Of a DNA stretch of 32,000 nucleotides, positions 1 through 11,798 are shown piece by piece. The notes under the pieces were generated by a model. The model was not told where the DNA came from. It searched no databases and saw only the letters and a list, made by a program, of their open reading frames with translations. Every line of letters begins with the position of its first letter. Position 1 is the stretch's first letter. A program made the translations under genes and the position numbers. This DNA comes from Aliivibrio fischeri ES114 (GTDB lineage Bacteria; Pseudomonadota; Gammaproteobacteria; Enterobacterales; Vibrionaceae): the NCBI RefSeq assembly GCF_000011805.1, contig NC_006840.2. One strand, given 5' to 3'.

Positions 1-134
1 TGAATGGACTCTACAAACTGCGTGAGTAAATCAATAGGTAAATTATCAACACAATAATAACCAAGATCTTCTAATACACGTAAAGCGACAGATTTACCTG
101 CACCAGAGCTTCCGCTAACTACCATGAGTTTCAT
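1..134 (-). CDS. rapZ: RNase adapter protein RapZ (YhbJ), N-terminal fragment; gene runs off the window start
   Basis: Reverse complement from ATG at 134 reads [37 protein letters not shown]..., a P-loop (GSSGAGKS) RapZ N-terminus. It lies directly downstream of ptsN, as in the E. coli rpoN-hpf-ptsN-rapZ operon. It is truncated, so it is absent from the ORF track. Confidence 0.85.
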   Translation of the reverse strand, partial: MKLMVVSGSSGAGKSVALRVLEDLGYYCVDNLPIDLLTQFVESI

Positions 135-157
135 TATTATGACCTTAAAAAAGATGG

Positions 158-601
158 TTAAGATGTGATGATTTGATAAAGCTCGTCATCATTTTCCGCA
201 TGGCGCAGCTGACGTAATACTTGTTTATCATTGAGTTTTTCAGCAACACTAGAAAGTGTTTTTAGATGAAGCTTACATTGTTCATCGGGAACGAGAAGTG
301 CAAAAAGAATATCAACAGGACGATTATCAATAGCATCAAATTCGATGGGTTCTTGGCATTGGATAAGTACAGCTACGGCATTATCACAATTGAACATTCG
401 GCCATGGGGGATAGCTATCCCATTACCTATACCAGTACTTCCCATTTTTTCTCGGTTTAATAAGCTTTCAAAAAGTTCTTGAGGGCTTTGACCAATTCGA
501 GGTGCGGCAATTTCACTAATAAGTTCTAATGCGCGCTTTTTGCTTGTGCATTGGACTGCACTTTTCGTGCAATCCAATGAAAGAATGGTGCTTAACTGCA
601 T
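158..601 (-). CDS. ptsN: Nitrogen-related PTS EIIA protein (EIIA-Ntr)
   Basis: 147-aa ORF with the EIIA motif [14 protein letters not shown] (phosphorylatable His). It aligns along its length with recalled E. coli PtsN and sits between hpf and rapZ. Confidence 0.93.
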   Translation of the reverse strand: MQLSTILSLDCTKSAVQCTSKKRALELISEIAAPRIGQSPQELFESLLNREKMGSTGIGNGIAIPHGRMFNCDNAVAVLIQCQEPIEFDAIDNRPVDILFALLVPDEQCKLHLKTLSSVAEKLNDKQVLRQLRHAENDDELYQIITS

Positions 602-602
602 G

Positions 603-890
603 TTAATGACTACTTAGTTTTTCTTTATGTTTATTGAGTTGGCGGATCAATTTATCAACCAAACCATCAATAGCTGCATACATATCTTCTGAGTCAGAAT
701 GAGCGTGTATGTCACCTTGATTTACGTGAAGTGTTGCTTCTGCTACATGTTGTACTTTTTCTAATTTTAATACAACATGTACATTATTAATGTGTTCAAA
801 AAAACGCTCTAATTTTTGGAATTTGGTATTCACATACTCACGAAGGCTATCGGTTAGTTCGACGTTTTGACCTGCGATGTTTATTTGCAT
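603..890 (-). CDS. hpf: Ribosome hibernation promoting factor (sigma-54 modulation protein family)
   Basis: 95-aa ORF (same length as E. coli Hpf/YhbH) immediately downstream of rpoN. The sequence MQINI.G..VE.T..LR.YV..K..KLERFF is typical of the family. Confidence 0.92.
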   Translation of the reverse strand: MQINIAGQNVELTDSLREYVNTKFQKLERFFEHINNVHVVLKLEKVQHVAEATLHVNQGDIHAHSDSEDMYAAIDGLVDKLIRQLNKHKEKLSSH

Positions 891-909
891 AACACTTCCT
901 TTTCATTAA

Positions 910-2379
910 TTAAAGTAAACGCTTACGCTGATTTGATGGTGCGATACCAAGTGATTCACGATATTTAGCAATGGTACGGCGTGCTACTTGGATTCCTTGT
1001 TCAGCCAGTAAGGTTGCAATTTTACTATCACTTAACGGCTTAGCTTGATTCTCAGCCGCAACCAATTTTTTCACTAGTGCTCGGATTGCTGTAGATGAGC
1101 ATTCACCACCATTATCCGTACTAACATGACTAGAGAAGAAATATTTCAATTCAAAAATACCTCGAGGGGTATGCATGAACTTCTGTGTTGTTACTCGTGA
1201 TATGGTGGATTCGTGCATATCGACATCTAATGCGATGTCATTTAAAACCATAGGTTTCATTGCTTCTTCACCATATTCGAAGAAATCTTGTTGATGTTCA
1301 ACTATACAACGTGCAACTTTGAGCAGCGTCTCGTTTCTGCTCTCTAGGCTCTTAATTAACCACTTTGCCTCTTGCAAATTGGTTCGAATGAATTGCCCAT
1401 CCGGAGTGTTGCCCATTGTCTTACCAAGAGCCGCATATTCCGCATTTACTTTTAAGCGAGGAACACTGTCAGGGTTAATGGTTACAACCCATTTTCCATT
1501 GTGTTTGAATACAGAAACATCAGGAATAACGTACTCAGTTTCAGTATCGATAACACGATTACCTGGGCGAGGATCTAACTCGTGAATAAGCATCATGACT
1601 TGCTTTAAGTCACTTTCTTTAAGCTTAGTCTCTTTTGCTAGTTGTCGGTAGTCTCGATTTCCTAATAAATTAATATGATCTTTTAAAATCAGCTTAGTTT
1701 CAGGTAACCAAGGGGTATTAGCAGGGTAAGTTGCAAGTTGAAGTAATAGACACTCTGCCAAATCACGAGAAGCAACACCTAATGGATCAAATTGTTGAAT
1801 GCGTTTTAAAACCGCTTCAACTTCATCCATTTCAACCTCTTCATCTCCAATACTTTCTAAAATATCGTCAAGAGAACTAGTCAGGTAACCGTATTCATCT
1901 AATGACTCGATAATCGTGGTTGCGATTGTTCGATCAAGATCGGTAAATGGGGTTAAGTCAGCTTGCCACATCAGATAATCTTGCAAGCTTTCTGTGGTTT
2001 CACCTTGATAAATAGGGGTATCGTCATCAATGGCTAATCCAGTGCTTCCACTGTTTGCGCTATAAACATCATCCCAACTAGCATCCATTTCAAGTTCTTC
2101 TGAAATGTTATTACTTTCGATGACATCACTACTATCTGTGATTGGTGTTTCTTGCTCTGCTGATGCGGTTTCTTTTTCTGATTTAGGCTCAGGAGAGGTA
2201 AGAGTTTCAGGTGTGCTTAATGCTTCCTCTTCTACATCTAGAAGTGGATTTGAGTCGAGCGCTTCTTGAATCTCTTGCTGTAGGTCAAGGGTCGATAATT
2301 GCAATAATCGAATAGCTTGCTGCAACTGAGGCGTCATAGCAAGTTGTTGTCCCATTTTTAGCTGAAGAGATGCTTTCAT
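910..2379 (-). CDS. rpoN: RNA polymerase sigma-54 factor
   Basis: 489 aa. It has a Gln/Leu-rich region I ([26 protein letters not shown]), an acidic region II, and a C-terminal RpoN box (ARRTIAKYR). Confidence 0.97.
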   Translation of the reverse strand: MKASLQLKMGQQLAMTPQLQQAIRLLQLSTLDLQQEIQEALDSNPLLDVEEEALSTPETLTSPEPKSEKETASAEQETPITDSSDVIESNNISEELEMDASWDDVYSANSGSTGLAIDDDTPIYQGETTESLQDYLMWQADLTPFTDLDRTIATTIIESLDEYGYLTSSLDDILESIGDEEVEMDEVEAVLKRIQQFDPLGVASRDLAECLLLQLATYPANTPWLPETKLILKDHINLLGNRDYRQLAKETKLKESDLKQVMMLIHELDPRPGNRVIDTETEYVIPDVSVFKHNGKWVVTINPDSVPRLKVNAEYAALGKTMGNTPDGQFIRTNLQEAKWLIKSLESRNETLLKVARCIVEHQQDFFEYGEEAMKPMVLNDIALDVDMHESTISRVTTQKFMHTPRGIFELKYFFSSHVSTDNGGECSSTAIRALVKKLVAAENQAKPLSDSKIATLLAEQGIQVARRTIAKYRESLGIAPSNQRKRLL

Positions 2380-2402
2380 TATTTAGCGATACCTTTTGTA
2401 CA

Positions 2403-3128
2403 TTACAACTTAAATTGATCACCAAGATAAACACGTTTTACGTGTTCATCATTTAATACGTGTTCAGGTGTGCCATTTGCAATCATGTGACCTTGACTTA
2501 CGATGTAAGCGTGCTCACATACATCAAGCGTTTCGCGAACATTGTGGTCAGTGATTAATACGCCTAAACCACGATCTCTTAGATGTTGGATGATCTTTTT
2601 GATATCAATAACAGAGATAGGGTCAACACCCGCAAATGGTTCATCCAATAAAATGAATTTAGGATTTGCTGCGAGTGCGCGTGCGATTTCAACACGACGA
2701 CGTTCACCACCAGATAGCGCCATACCATTACTATTACGGATGTGCTGGATATTGAACTCATCTAATAGTTCTTCAAGTTTATCAAGACGTTCAGCTTTAT
2801 TTAGATCTTTACGCGTTTGTAAAACGGCCATGATATTGTCAAATACCGACAATTTTCTAAAAATAGAAGCTTCTTGAGGTAGATAGCCTATCCCCATTTT
2901 TGAGCGGTTATGCATTGGTTGCAATGAAATGTCGACACCATCAATAGTAATCGAACCTTCATCACGAGCGACTAAGCCTACAATCATATAGAAAGAGGTC
3001 GTTTTACCTGCACCATTAGGCCCTAGTAAACCAACAATTTTTCCAGATTCAACGGTAAGACTTACATCGGAAACTACTTTTCGACTTCCGTATGTTTTTG
3101 CTAAATTCTTTGCTTCTAATATGGCCAT
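2403..3128 (-). CDS. lptB: LPS export ABC transporter ATPase LptB
   Basis: 241 aa (same as E. coli LptB). It has Walker [10 protein letters not shown], signature LSGGERRR and Walker B ILLDEP, and lies between lptA and rpoN. Confidence 0.96.
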   Translation of the reverse strand: MAILEAKNLAKTYGSRKVVSDVSLTVESGKIVGLLGPNGAGKTTSFYMIVGLVARDEGSITIDGVDISLQPMHNRSKMGIGYLPQEASIFRKLSVFDNIMAVLQTRKDLNKAERLDKLEELLDEFNIQHIRNSNGMALSGGERRRVEIARALAANPKFILLDEPFAGVDPISVIDIKKIIQHLRDRGLGVLITDHNVRETLDVCEHAYIVSQGHMIANGTPEHVLNDEHVKRVYLGDQFKL

Positions 3129-3130
3129 AA

Positions 3131-3628
3131 TTATTTATTATTCAATTGGCTAGGCTGAAGGATGGTTGTTACGCGATCGTCTTTACCACCATCAGCAATC
3201 AGTTTTTGAGTCTTCATATTATAGGTAATTACTTTACCTTTTATGATGCTGTCATCTTGGGTTAACTCTGCGCTATCTGTCATTTTTAGAAATTCGTTTT
3301 CTAGCTCATAACGCAATTTGTTTGCTTTACCCTTTAGTGTTTTGCCATCATCCGTTAATTGGCTAAAGCGAGTTGGTTTTCCATATGCTTCTAACACTTC
3401 TCGTCCTTCTTTACCTTGAGGACGAATTACCACAATTTTATCTGCAAAAATTTCGATGCTGCCTTGTTTTAGTGTCACGTTACCTGTGAAGGTTACTTGA
3501 TTACTTTGCATATCAAAATTCTGTGAATTTGAATTAATGTGGATCGGTTGTTCTGTATCGCTACTCAATGCCCAGCTTGAAGCGCTAAAAAGTAGACTTG
3601 CAAGTAGACTAACGTGTGAAAGCTTCAT
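3131..3628 (-). CDS. lptA: Periplasmic LPS transport protein LptA
   Basis: OstA-like ORF. The track starts at 3643 (MYKVSM...), but the ATG at 3628 ([20 protein letters not shown], a signal peptide) has an AAGG Shine-Dalgarno 5 nt upstream, so I prefer it. It overlaps the lptC 3' end, as known for E. coli lptC/lptA. Confidence 0.9.
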   Translation of the reverse strand: MKLSHVSLLASLLFSASSWALSSDTEQPIHINSNSQNFDMQSNQVTFTGNVTLKQGSIEIFADKIVVIRPQGKEGREVLEAYGKPTRFSQLTDDGKTLKGKANKLRYELENEFLKMTDSAELTQDDSIIKGKVITYNMKTQKLIADGGKDDRVTTILQPSQLNNK

Positions 3629-4172
3629 AGATACCTTGTACATTTTCTAATAGGGTTGCTTCTTGGCTTGTGAAGTTACCTTTCATTCCTACTCCTGTTG
3701 TTTCAAAAGTAGGGCCAATGAGATTAACAACATCCTCTGTCATAAAGTCTTTTGTCGTTAGCTCGATCTTCATACTGTCTGTTGTCATTGTTTCAAATGC
3801 AGCGTCAGGCAGCAGGTTTTTAACAATGACGTTACCGCTTAAGTAAAGTTCGTGCTTTTTATTTAAAACGCCGAGATCGGAGATGATCTCCCATTCTTTT
3901 AATTCACCATCTTTGAATACAAAAAGGTGAGGTGTTGTGAAGTTCGTTTCACCAGTCTTACCAAATCGAGCTAATGCTTTTGCATTTATTTGATAGTTAC
4001 GAATACCACTTACATCGTAGTTATTATTCGTGATCCCTTTACCTGTAAAAACAGGGACTTGTTGATCTGGTGTTGTCTGTTGTTCACCTTTCACGTAGTC
4101 ATAATATAAGTTGTAGCCTGACCAGCTACAAATCATCAATAGAACGGCCATGAAAAGATGTTTTAAGCTCAT
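3609..4172 (-). CDS. lptC: Inner-membrane-anchored LPS transport protein LptC
   Basis: 187 aa with an N-terminal TM anchor (LFMAVLLMICSWSGY). It occupies the conserved position between kdsC and lptA and overlaps kdsC by 4 nt. Confidence 0.88.
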   Translation of the reverse strand: MSLKHLFMAVLLMICSWSGYNLYYDYVKGEQQTTPDQQVPVFTGKGITNNNYDVSGIRNYQINAKALARFGKTGETNFTTPHLFVFKDGELKEWEIISDLGVLNKKHELYLSGNVIVKNLLPDAAFETMTTDSMKIELTTKDFMTEDVVNLIGPTFETTGVGMKGNFTSQEATLLENVQGIYEAFTR

Positions 4173-4729
4173 ATGCTCAAACCTTTATGTTGCTCTAATT
4201 CACCTTTTGCTTCTAGGATCAGGTCGCTTACTTCACGAACAGCACCATGACCACCTTTTATGGTTGTTACATAGTTTGCACGTTGAACTAATAAAGGGTG
4301 TCCATCAGCAACACATACCTTTAATGCAACTTTTTCCATAACAGGCCAATCAATAAGGTCATCACCAATATAGCCAGTATGCTCTGGAGCTACATTGAGT
4401 TTAGTTAAAATATCTTGGTATGCTTGTAATTTGTTGTCTTGTCCTTGGTAGATCAATTTAATACCAAGGGCCGTCATTCGGTTTTCAACAATTTTTGAGC
4501 TGCGACCCGTAATAATCGCAATTTCAACCCCTGCTGACATGAGTGATTTCACACCGTAGCCATCACGAGTATGGAACGTTTTTAGTTCTTCGCCATCATT
4601 CCCCATATAAACAAGGCCATCAGAGAAGACGCCATCAACATCACAAATTAGAAGCTTGATTTCTTTTGCTATGTTAAAGATAGACTCTTCAACTTGGCCA
4701 TACAGAGTTGAAACTAATTTTGTTGTCAT
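4169..4729 (-). CDS. kdsC: 3-deoxy-D-manno-octulosonate 8-phosphate phosphatase KdsC
   Basis: 186-aa HAD-family ORF with the DVDGVFSDG nucleophile motif. It has the length and position of E. coli KdsC. Confidence 0.93.
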   Translation of the reverse strand: MTTKLVSTLYGQVEESIFNIAKEIKLLICDVDGVFSDGLVYMGNDGEELKTFHTRDGYGVKSLMSAGVEIAIITGRSSKIVENRMTALGIKLIYQGQDNKLQAYQDILTKLNVAPEHTGYIGDDLIDWPVMEKVALKVCVADGHPLLVQRANYVTTIKGGHGAVREVSDLILEAKGELEQHKGLSI

Positions 4730-5703
4730 TACATCACTCCCGCTTTTAATAAGTCATGCATATTCAATGCACCAACTAAACGATGAGTTTCATCACAAAG
4801 TAATAATCCATTTATTTTCTTATCTTGCATTAGGTTTAGACCTTCAACAGCAAGTAAGTTTGGATTAGCAACCGCTGGAGAGTGTGTCATTACTTCTCCA
4901 ATAGTTTGAGTATGGATATCGATCTTATTATCTAAAAGGCGACGTAAATCACCATCAGTGAAGATACCAATTACTTTTTGCTCGTTATCAACGATAGCTG
5001 TCATTCCTAACCCTTTTTCAGACACTTCTAAAAGTGCTGTTTTAATAAGAGCATCAGCCGTAACCATTGGTAATTCATCACCTGTATGCATGATGTCTGA
5101 TAATAAGAGTAGTAATTTACGACCTAAAGCGCCACCTGGATGTGATAAAGCAAAGTCATCAGCAGTAAAGCCTCTTGCTTGAAGAAGCGCAACAGCAAAA
5201 GCGTCTCCCATAGCAAGGGTTGCTGTTGTACTTGATGTTGGCGCTAAACCAAGAGGGCAAGCTTCTTGAGGAACCGTAATTTGAAGGTTCACATCAGCGA
5301 CTTTTGCCATGCTAGATTCCGGTTTACCTGTCATTGTAATTAAAGTGATACCTAAACGTTTAATTACTGGCAGTAAAGCAAGAATTTCAGACGCTTCACC
5401 TGAGTTAGAAATAGCAATAACAATATCGCCTTTTTCAATCATGCCTAAATCACCATGGCTTGCTTCGCCAGGGTGTACAAAGAAAGAGGGAGTGCCTGTA
5501 CTTGCTAAGGTAGCTGCAATCTTATTACCAATGTGACCTGATTTACCCATTCCCATAACAACGACTTTTTGCTTGCATTCAAGCATTAATTGACACGCTT
5601 TAGTGAAGTCATCGTTAATGTAATTGCTGAGTTGGGTAAGAGCATCGATTTCAATTTGAAGAACATTTTTTCCTGCTTTGCAGAAATCAAACTGAGTTGC
5701 CAT
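4729..5703 (-). CDS. kdsD: Arabinose-5-phosphate isomerase KdsD
   Basis: 324 aa with a SIS domain (VVVMGMGKSGHIGNKIAATLASTGTPSFFVHPGEASHGDLG) and C-terminal tandem CBS domains. A TAATG overlap joins it to kdsC. Confidence 0.95.
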   Translation of the reverse strand: MATQFDFCKAGKNVLQIEIDALTQLSNYINDDFTKACQLMLECKQKVVVMGMGKSGHIGNKIAATLASTGTPSFFVHPGEASHGDLGMIEKGDIVIAISNSGEASEILALLPVIKRLGITLITMTGKPESSMAKVADVNLQITVPQEACPLGLAPTSSTTATLAMGDAFAVALLQARGFTADDFALSHPGGALGRKLLLLLSDIMHTGDELPMVTADALIKTALLEVSEKGLGMTAIVDNEQKVIGIFTDGDLRRLLDNKIDIHTQTIGEVMTHSPAVANPNLLAVEGLNLMQDKKINGLLLCDETHRLVGALNMHDLLKAGVM

Positions 5704-5832
5704 CGGTTACCACCTTGCTGTATTTGAGCGGAATTTATGATTTAGAGGAATAGCCTATACAAATATTATGCCATTTGCCAGAGCTAGTTCAATATTGAGT
5801 AGGTAAAAGAAGGTAAATTATCGGGATAAATA

Positions 5833-5875
5833 CCCCATAAGTTCATGATTTTTATTGTTCATCAAACTTATGGGG
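5833..5875 (-). other. Long hairpin between yrbG and kdsD (possible weak intrinsic terminator, attenuator or processing site)
   Basis: Perfect 11-bp arms ccccataagtt (5833-5843) and aacttatgggg (5865-5875), with an inner tgat/atca extension. On the minus strand it is followed by UAUUUAU. It starts 14 nt after the yrbG stop. Confidence 0.4.
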
Positions 5876-5888
5876 TCCAAAAGAATGG

Positions 5889-6860
5889 TTAACCCATATT
5901 TAGAAATAAATAGCCTTGGTAGACACAGAAACACGTCACTAAAATACCGCCTTCTATGCGATTAATGCTGCGGCTTTTTCCTAATGCCATGATGAGTAAT
6001 AAGATGGATACACCTAGCATTACATAGAAATCACGGCCCATAAGATCAGGACTAATTTCTGATGGATTAATTAATGCTGGAATCCCCATTACGGCAAGAA
6101 TATTAAATACGTTTGAGCCAATGATATTACCTGCTGCCATATCATCTTCACCTTTAAGTACACCGGCAACAGAAGCCGCTAACTCAGGAAGACTCGTACC
6201 TAATGCAATGATCGTTAAGCCGATAACTAACTCACTCATACCAAAGTATTTAGCGATAACAACGGCATTATCAATCAGCATGTTTGCACCCACAGGAAGT
6301 AAGATAAGACCTACAACAACCCAGAAAAGTGCTTTACCGTTTGCCACGCCTTCAGGGATTTCAGATTCTTGTTCTTCAAGAAGAATATCCCCGTTTTGTT
6401 GTTCGTTTTTACTGATGTATAGCATTGCAATGATGAAGCAAGCAAAAAGGCCAATTAACAATAAACCTTCATAAAAGCCAAGGTAGTTATTAAACATAAT
6501 ACCACCAGCTAATAACGTAACCATCAGCATTAATGGTAGTTCGCGACGGATGATTGCTGAGCTGATTGCTAAAGGTTTAATTAAGGCGGTAATACCTAAA
6601 ATTAACGCGATGTTCGCAATGTTTGAACCAATAACGTTACCAACCGCAGTATCTGTTTTTCCATCTAAAGCAGCTGCAGCTGACACCATCATTTCTGGTG
6701 CAGATGAACCCATGGCTAAGATAGTCATACCAATTACAAGAGGGGAAATACCATAGTTTCTCGCTAAGGCAGCAGAACCAAATACCAGTTTATCGGCGCC
6801 CCAAACCAATAGAGATAGACCGACGATAAGAAGTAGAGTTGGCATGAGCAGCTCTGTCAT
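5889..6860 (-). CDS. yrbG: Ca2+/Na+ antiporter family inner membrane protein YrbG
   Basis: 323-aa polytopic membrane ORF with duplicated alpha-repeat motifs (GSSAPE... and GTSLPEL...GNIIGSN.FNI). It is first in the yrbG-kdsD-kdsC-lptCAB cluster, as in E. coli. Confidence 0.9.
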   Translation of the reverse strand: MTELLMPTLLLIVGLSLLVWGADKLVFGSAALARNYGISPLVIGMTILAMGSSAPEMMVSAAAALDGKTDTAVGNVIGSNIANIALILGITALIKPLAISSAIIRRELPLMLMVTLLAGGIMFNNYLGFYEGLLLIGLFACFIIAMLYISKNEQQNGDILLEEQESEIPEGVANGKALFWVVVGLILLPVGANMLIDNAVVIAKYFGMSELVIGLTIIALGTSLPELAASVAGVLKGEDDMAAGNIIGSNVFNILAVMGIPALINPSEISPDLMGRDFYVMLGVSILLLIMALGKSRSINRIEGGILVTCFCVYQGYLFLNMG

Positions 6861-7046
6861 TGTGTTAATTTCCTTTTGTAGAAAGATGTTTTTTAGTTTG
6901 AATCGCTAATTTTGACGTTTCTCTAACAAAAAAGAAAGAAAAAAGGAGCGCTTTACGTGGAACAGTCTCTAAAGATTATTAAAAAATATAAGTTAGACAG
7001 ATAAGTTCACGTATACTTATGATTATATTGTTAATGCATGATTTAA

Positions 7047-7868
7047 ATGAGCAGTGAAGATATGGATACGCAGAACACACTGATTAAAATAGAGAATCTA
7101 ACCTTTAAACGTGGTGAGCGTATTATTTTTGATGATATTAGTTTGTCTGTTCCAAAAGGGAAGATAACGGCGATCATGGGGCCATCAGGAATTGGTAAAA
7201 CCACATTATTACGGTTAATTGGTGGGCAAATACTTCCTGAATCAGGAAATATCCATTTTGAAGAGTGGAATATCCCCAAGCTAGGGCGTAAAGCCCTGTA
7301 TTTAGCTCGTAAGAAAATGGGGATGTTATTTCAATCTGGCGCATTATTCACGGATATGAACGTATTCGATAATGTGGCTTTTCCTTTAAGAGAACATACT
7401 CAATTGCCTGAAAAACTGATCCGTACACTGGTTCTCTTAAAGCTTGAAGCTGTGGGACTACGTGGTGCAGCTCAGTTGATGCCAAGTGAACTCTCTGGTG
7501 GGATGGCAAGACGTGCTGCATTAGCTCGCGCAATCGCATTAGACCCTGACTTAATCATGTATGACGAACCTTTTGTCGGCCAAGACCCTATAACGATGGG
7601 AGTACTGGTTGATTTAATTCGTAATCTAAATGATGCGTTAGGATTAACCTCTGTTGTTGTTTCACATGATGTTCCTGAAGTGATGAGTATTGCAGATCAT
7701 GTCTATTTACTCGCTAATGGTAAAATTATTGCGCAAGGTTCACCACAAGAATTGGAGCAAAATCCCGATCCTCAAGTTCGACAATTTTTGGATGGTGAAT
7801 CAGATGGACCAGTACCATTTCGTTTTCCGGCTAACACATTAAATGAGGATCTTTTCTCTTATGAGTAA
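7047..7868 (+). CDS. mlaF: Phospholipid (Mla) ABC transporter ATPase MlaF
   Basis: 273 aa with Walker [10 protein letters not shown], signature [14 protein letters not shown] and Walker B IMYDEP. It is near-colinear with recalled E. coli MlaF. Confidence 0.96.
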   Translation: MSSEDMDTQNTLIKIENLTFKRGERIIFDDISLSVPKGKITAIMGPSGIGKTTLLRLIGGQILPESGNIHFEEWNIPKLGRKALYLARKKMGMLFQSGALFTDMNVFDNVAFPLREHTQLPEKLIRTLVLLKLEAVGLRGAAQLMPSELSGGMARRAALARAIALDPDLIMYDEPFVGQDPITMGVLVDLIRNLNDALGLTSVVVSHDVPEVMSIADHVYLLANGKIIAQGSPQELEQNPDPQVRQFLDGESDGPVPFRFPANTLNEDLFSYE

Positions 7869-8655
7869 TTTTTCACTTGTCTCCTCAATAGAACAGATAG
7901 GACGACGAGCTTTATCGGTTTGTGAGGCCTTTGGTCGTGCAACCTTTATGTTGCTTGGCGCGATATTTGCGAAACCTCAACCAATAAAAATGTTTCCTTT
8001 GTTGCTAAAGCAACTCTATTCCGTAGGTGTTTTATCATTAGTGATTATTGTGGTTTCAGGGCTCTTTATTGGCATGGTAATCAGCTTGCAAGGTTATATT
8101 ATTTTAGTTGATTACGGGGCTGAAACCAGTTTAGGGCAGCTTGTTTCCTTATCATTACTTAGAGAGTTAGGGCCTGTGGTAACAGCGCTATTGTTTGCGG
8201 GACGCGCAGGCTCCGCATTAACCGCTGAAATTGGCTTAATGAAAACCACCGAACAAATTTCAAGTATGGAGATGATGGCTGTAGACCCGTTGCGTCAAAT
8301 TATCGCACCTCGTTTATGGGCAGGGATCATTTCGATGCCAGTTCTCGCTGTCATCTTTATGGCTGTGGGTATTTGGGGAGGACAAATTGTCGGAGTTGAA
8401 TGGAAAGGGATTGATTACGGTAGTTTTTGGTCGGTAATGCAATCATCGGTTGATGTGCGATATGACATTATAAATAGCTTAATTAAATGTGTGGTGTTTG
8501 CGTTTATTGTTACATGGATTGCTCTGTTTAATGGTTATGATGCAACGCCGACTTCTGAAGGTATTTCATTGGCAACGACACGTACAGTAGTGCACTCTTC
8601 GTTGGCGGTATTAGGTATTGATTTTGTGCTTACGGCACTGATGTTTGGGAACTAA
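7861..8655 (+). CDS. mlaE: Mla ABC transporter permease MlaE
   Basis: The track ORF starts at 7843. The ATG at 7861 (MSNFSLV...) gives 264 aa, close to E. coli MlaE (260 aa), and has GAGGA 11 nt upstream. It overlaps mlaF by 8 nt. The conserved [27 protein letters not shown] motif is present. Confidence 0.94.
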   Translation: MSNFSLVSSIEQIGRRALSVCEAFGRATFMLLGAIFAKPQPIKMFPLLLKQLYSVGVLSLVIIVVSGLFIGMVISLQGYIILVDYGAETSLGQLVSLSLLRELGPVVTALLFAGRAGSALTAEIGLMKTTEQISSMEMMAVDPLRQIIAPRLWAGIISMPVLAVIFMAVGIWGGQIVGVEWKGIDYGSFWSVMQSSVDVRYDIINSLIKCVVFAFIVTWIALFNGYDATPTSEGISLATTRTVVHSSLAVLGIDFVLTALMFGN

Positions 8656-8658
8656 ATT

Positions 8659-9153
8659 ATGCAACAGACACGTAAAGTAGAATTTTTTGTTGGCCTTTTT
8701 GTATTAGCAGGAATGGCCGCTCTACTGATGTTATTACTTAAGGTTGCGGATGTTCGCAGTGGTGGTAGTGGCGAGTATTACACCCTAAATGCTCAATTTG
8801 ATAACATCGGAAGTTTAAAATCACGCTCACCAGTAAAAGTAGGTGGTGTTGTTATTGGTCGTGTAGATAACATTACTCTTGATAAAGAGAGTTATTTACC
8901 TATCGTCAGTATGCAAATAGATAAGCAGTTTGGTTCGTTTCCTGAAACCTCTGCGGCTCAGATTTTAACGTCGGGTTTAATTGGCGAGCAATACATTGGG
9001 ATTGTTCCTGGTTTTATTGATGAAGATATTGATATGTTAGGTAATGGTGATTTTATTGAAGATACCAAATCGGCATTAGTATTAGAGGATATGATCGGGC
9101 AAGTGCTATACAGCATTGGTGGTGATTCGTCAGAAGCAAGTGAGGAAGAGTAA
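8659..9153 (+). CDS. mlaD: MCE-domain phospholipid-binding protein MlaD
   Basis: 164 aa with an N-terminal TM helix followed by an MCE domain (FDNIGSLKSRSPVKVGGVVIGRV). Confidence 0.94.
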   Translation: MQQTRKVEFFVGLFVLAGMAALLMLLLKVADVRSGGSGEYYTLNAQFDNIGSLKSRSPVKVGGVVIGRVDNITLDKESYLPIVSMQIDKQFGSFPETSAAQILTSGLIGEQYIGIVPGFIDEDIDMLGNGDFIEDTKSALVLEDMIGQVLYSIGGDSSEASEEE

Positions 9154-9794
9154 TGAAACAGTGGATAAGTGCAGTTATAGTCGTAATTTGTTTTTTTTCA
9201 TCAGCGATTAATGCTCAAGAGATAGATAAAACAAAACCTTATGAAATGATGGCACAAGTATCTGAAATTACTTTTGCTCGATTAAAATCAGAGCAGAGTG
9301 CAATAAAAACGGATCCAAATATTTTAAAAACGGTCGTTGATGAAGAGTTAATGCCGTATGTAAATGTAAAATATGCAGCTTACAAATTATTAGGGACACA
9401 CTTAAAGAAAACTACACCAGAAGAGCGAGCAGAGTTTGTTACTGCTTTTCGTGATTATTTAGTTTCTTCTTATGCTCAAGTTTTAACACTATACACTGAT
9501 CAAAAAATCGTATTGGAAAAAGCGAAAAAAATACCGGAAGGAAAAAGAATCATCAGTGTTCGTGTTGATATCTTAGATTCAGCTCGTCCAACCGTAAAAG
9601 TTGATTTCAAACTACGTAAGAATAAAAAGACAGGGGAATGGCAGGCCTTTGATATGGTTGCTGAAGGAGTAAGTCTTCTTTCTACTAAGCAGTCTGAGTG
9701 GAATGGTAAAATACGTAAAGAAGGCATTAGCTCGGTAAGTGCTGAGTTACACTCTTTAGCTAAGCAACCGATTCGATTAGAAGGCAATAAATAA
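9153..9794 (+). CDS. mlaC: Periplasmic phospholipid-binding protein MlaC
   Basis: 213 aa with a signal peptide (…FFSSAINA/QE). It belongs to the Ttg2D/MlaC family by position and length. A TAATG overlap joins it to mlaD. Confidence 0.92.
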   Translation: MKQWISAVIVVICFFSSAINAQEIDKTKPYEMMAQVSEITFARLKSEQSAIKTDPNILKTVVDEELMPYVNVKYAAYKLLGTHLKKTTPEERAEFVTAFRDYLVSSYAQVLTLYTDQKIVLEKAKKIPEGKRIISVRVDILDSARPTVKVDFKLRKNKKTGEWQAFDMVAEGVSLLSTKQSEWNGKIRKEGISSVSAELHSLAKQPIRLEGNK

Positions 9795-10113
9795 TGCCTG
9801 TTATCGATTTATGTGTAACCAAAGTTGATGAAATAAGCTTCAAAGGTGCTCTTGATCGTGAGACTGTGCCTAATATTTGGAATAAATTGACAAAGTGGCA
9901 ACCTAATTTGAGTCAAGTAAAGGTAGACTTAGCTCACGTTAATCGCATTGACTCTGCAGGGCTTGTATTACTTTTACACCTAATAGAGCATGCAAAAAAT
10001 CAAAACTGTCATATAATGTTTACTTTCGTCCCAGATCAGCTCATTACTTTAATTCAATTAAGTAATGTGGAATCATTGTTTGCTGATCATATAAATAACG
10101 CAAAGGTAGAGTA

Positions 10114-10114
<1 letters not shown>
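9794..10114 (+). CDS. mlaB: STAS-domain accessory protein MlaB
   Basis: 106-aa STAS-like ORF (…[15 protein letters not shown]…) in the conserved position. TAATG overlaps occur at both ends. Confidence 0.85.
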
Positions 10115-11651
<1,537 letters not shown>

Positions 11652-11695
11652 GTGTTGCGATATATACGCTTAATGTAAACGTATTAAAGTGGAAG

Positions 11696-11721
11696 CCGGG
11701 TATATTACTACCCGGTTTTTT
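11696..11721 (+). terminator. Rho-independent terminator of the mla-ibaG-murA unit
   Basis: Stem ccgggta (11696-11702) / tacccgg (11709-11715), 6-nt loop, then TTTTTT. Confidence 0.8.
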
Positions 11722-11798
11722 ATTGGTTGGAAATAAAGCTAATTTGTTTATTAAAAACGATAATAATGAAGAAGTTAGTGAGTTTAGGAGATACATTT

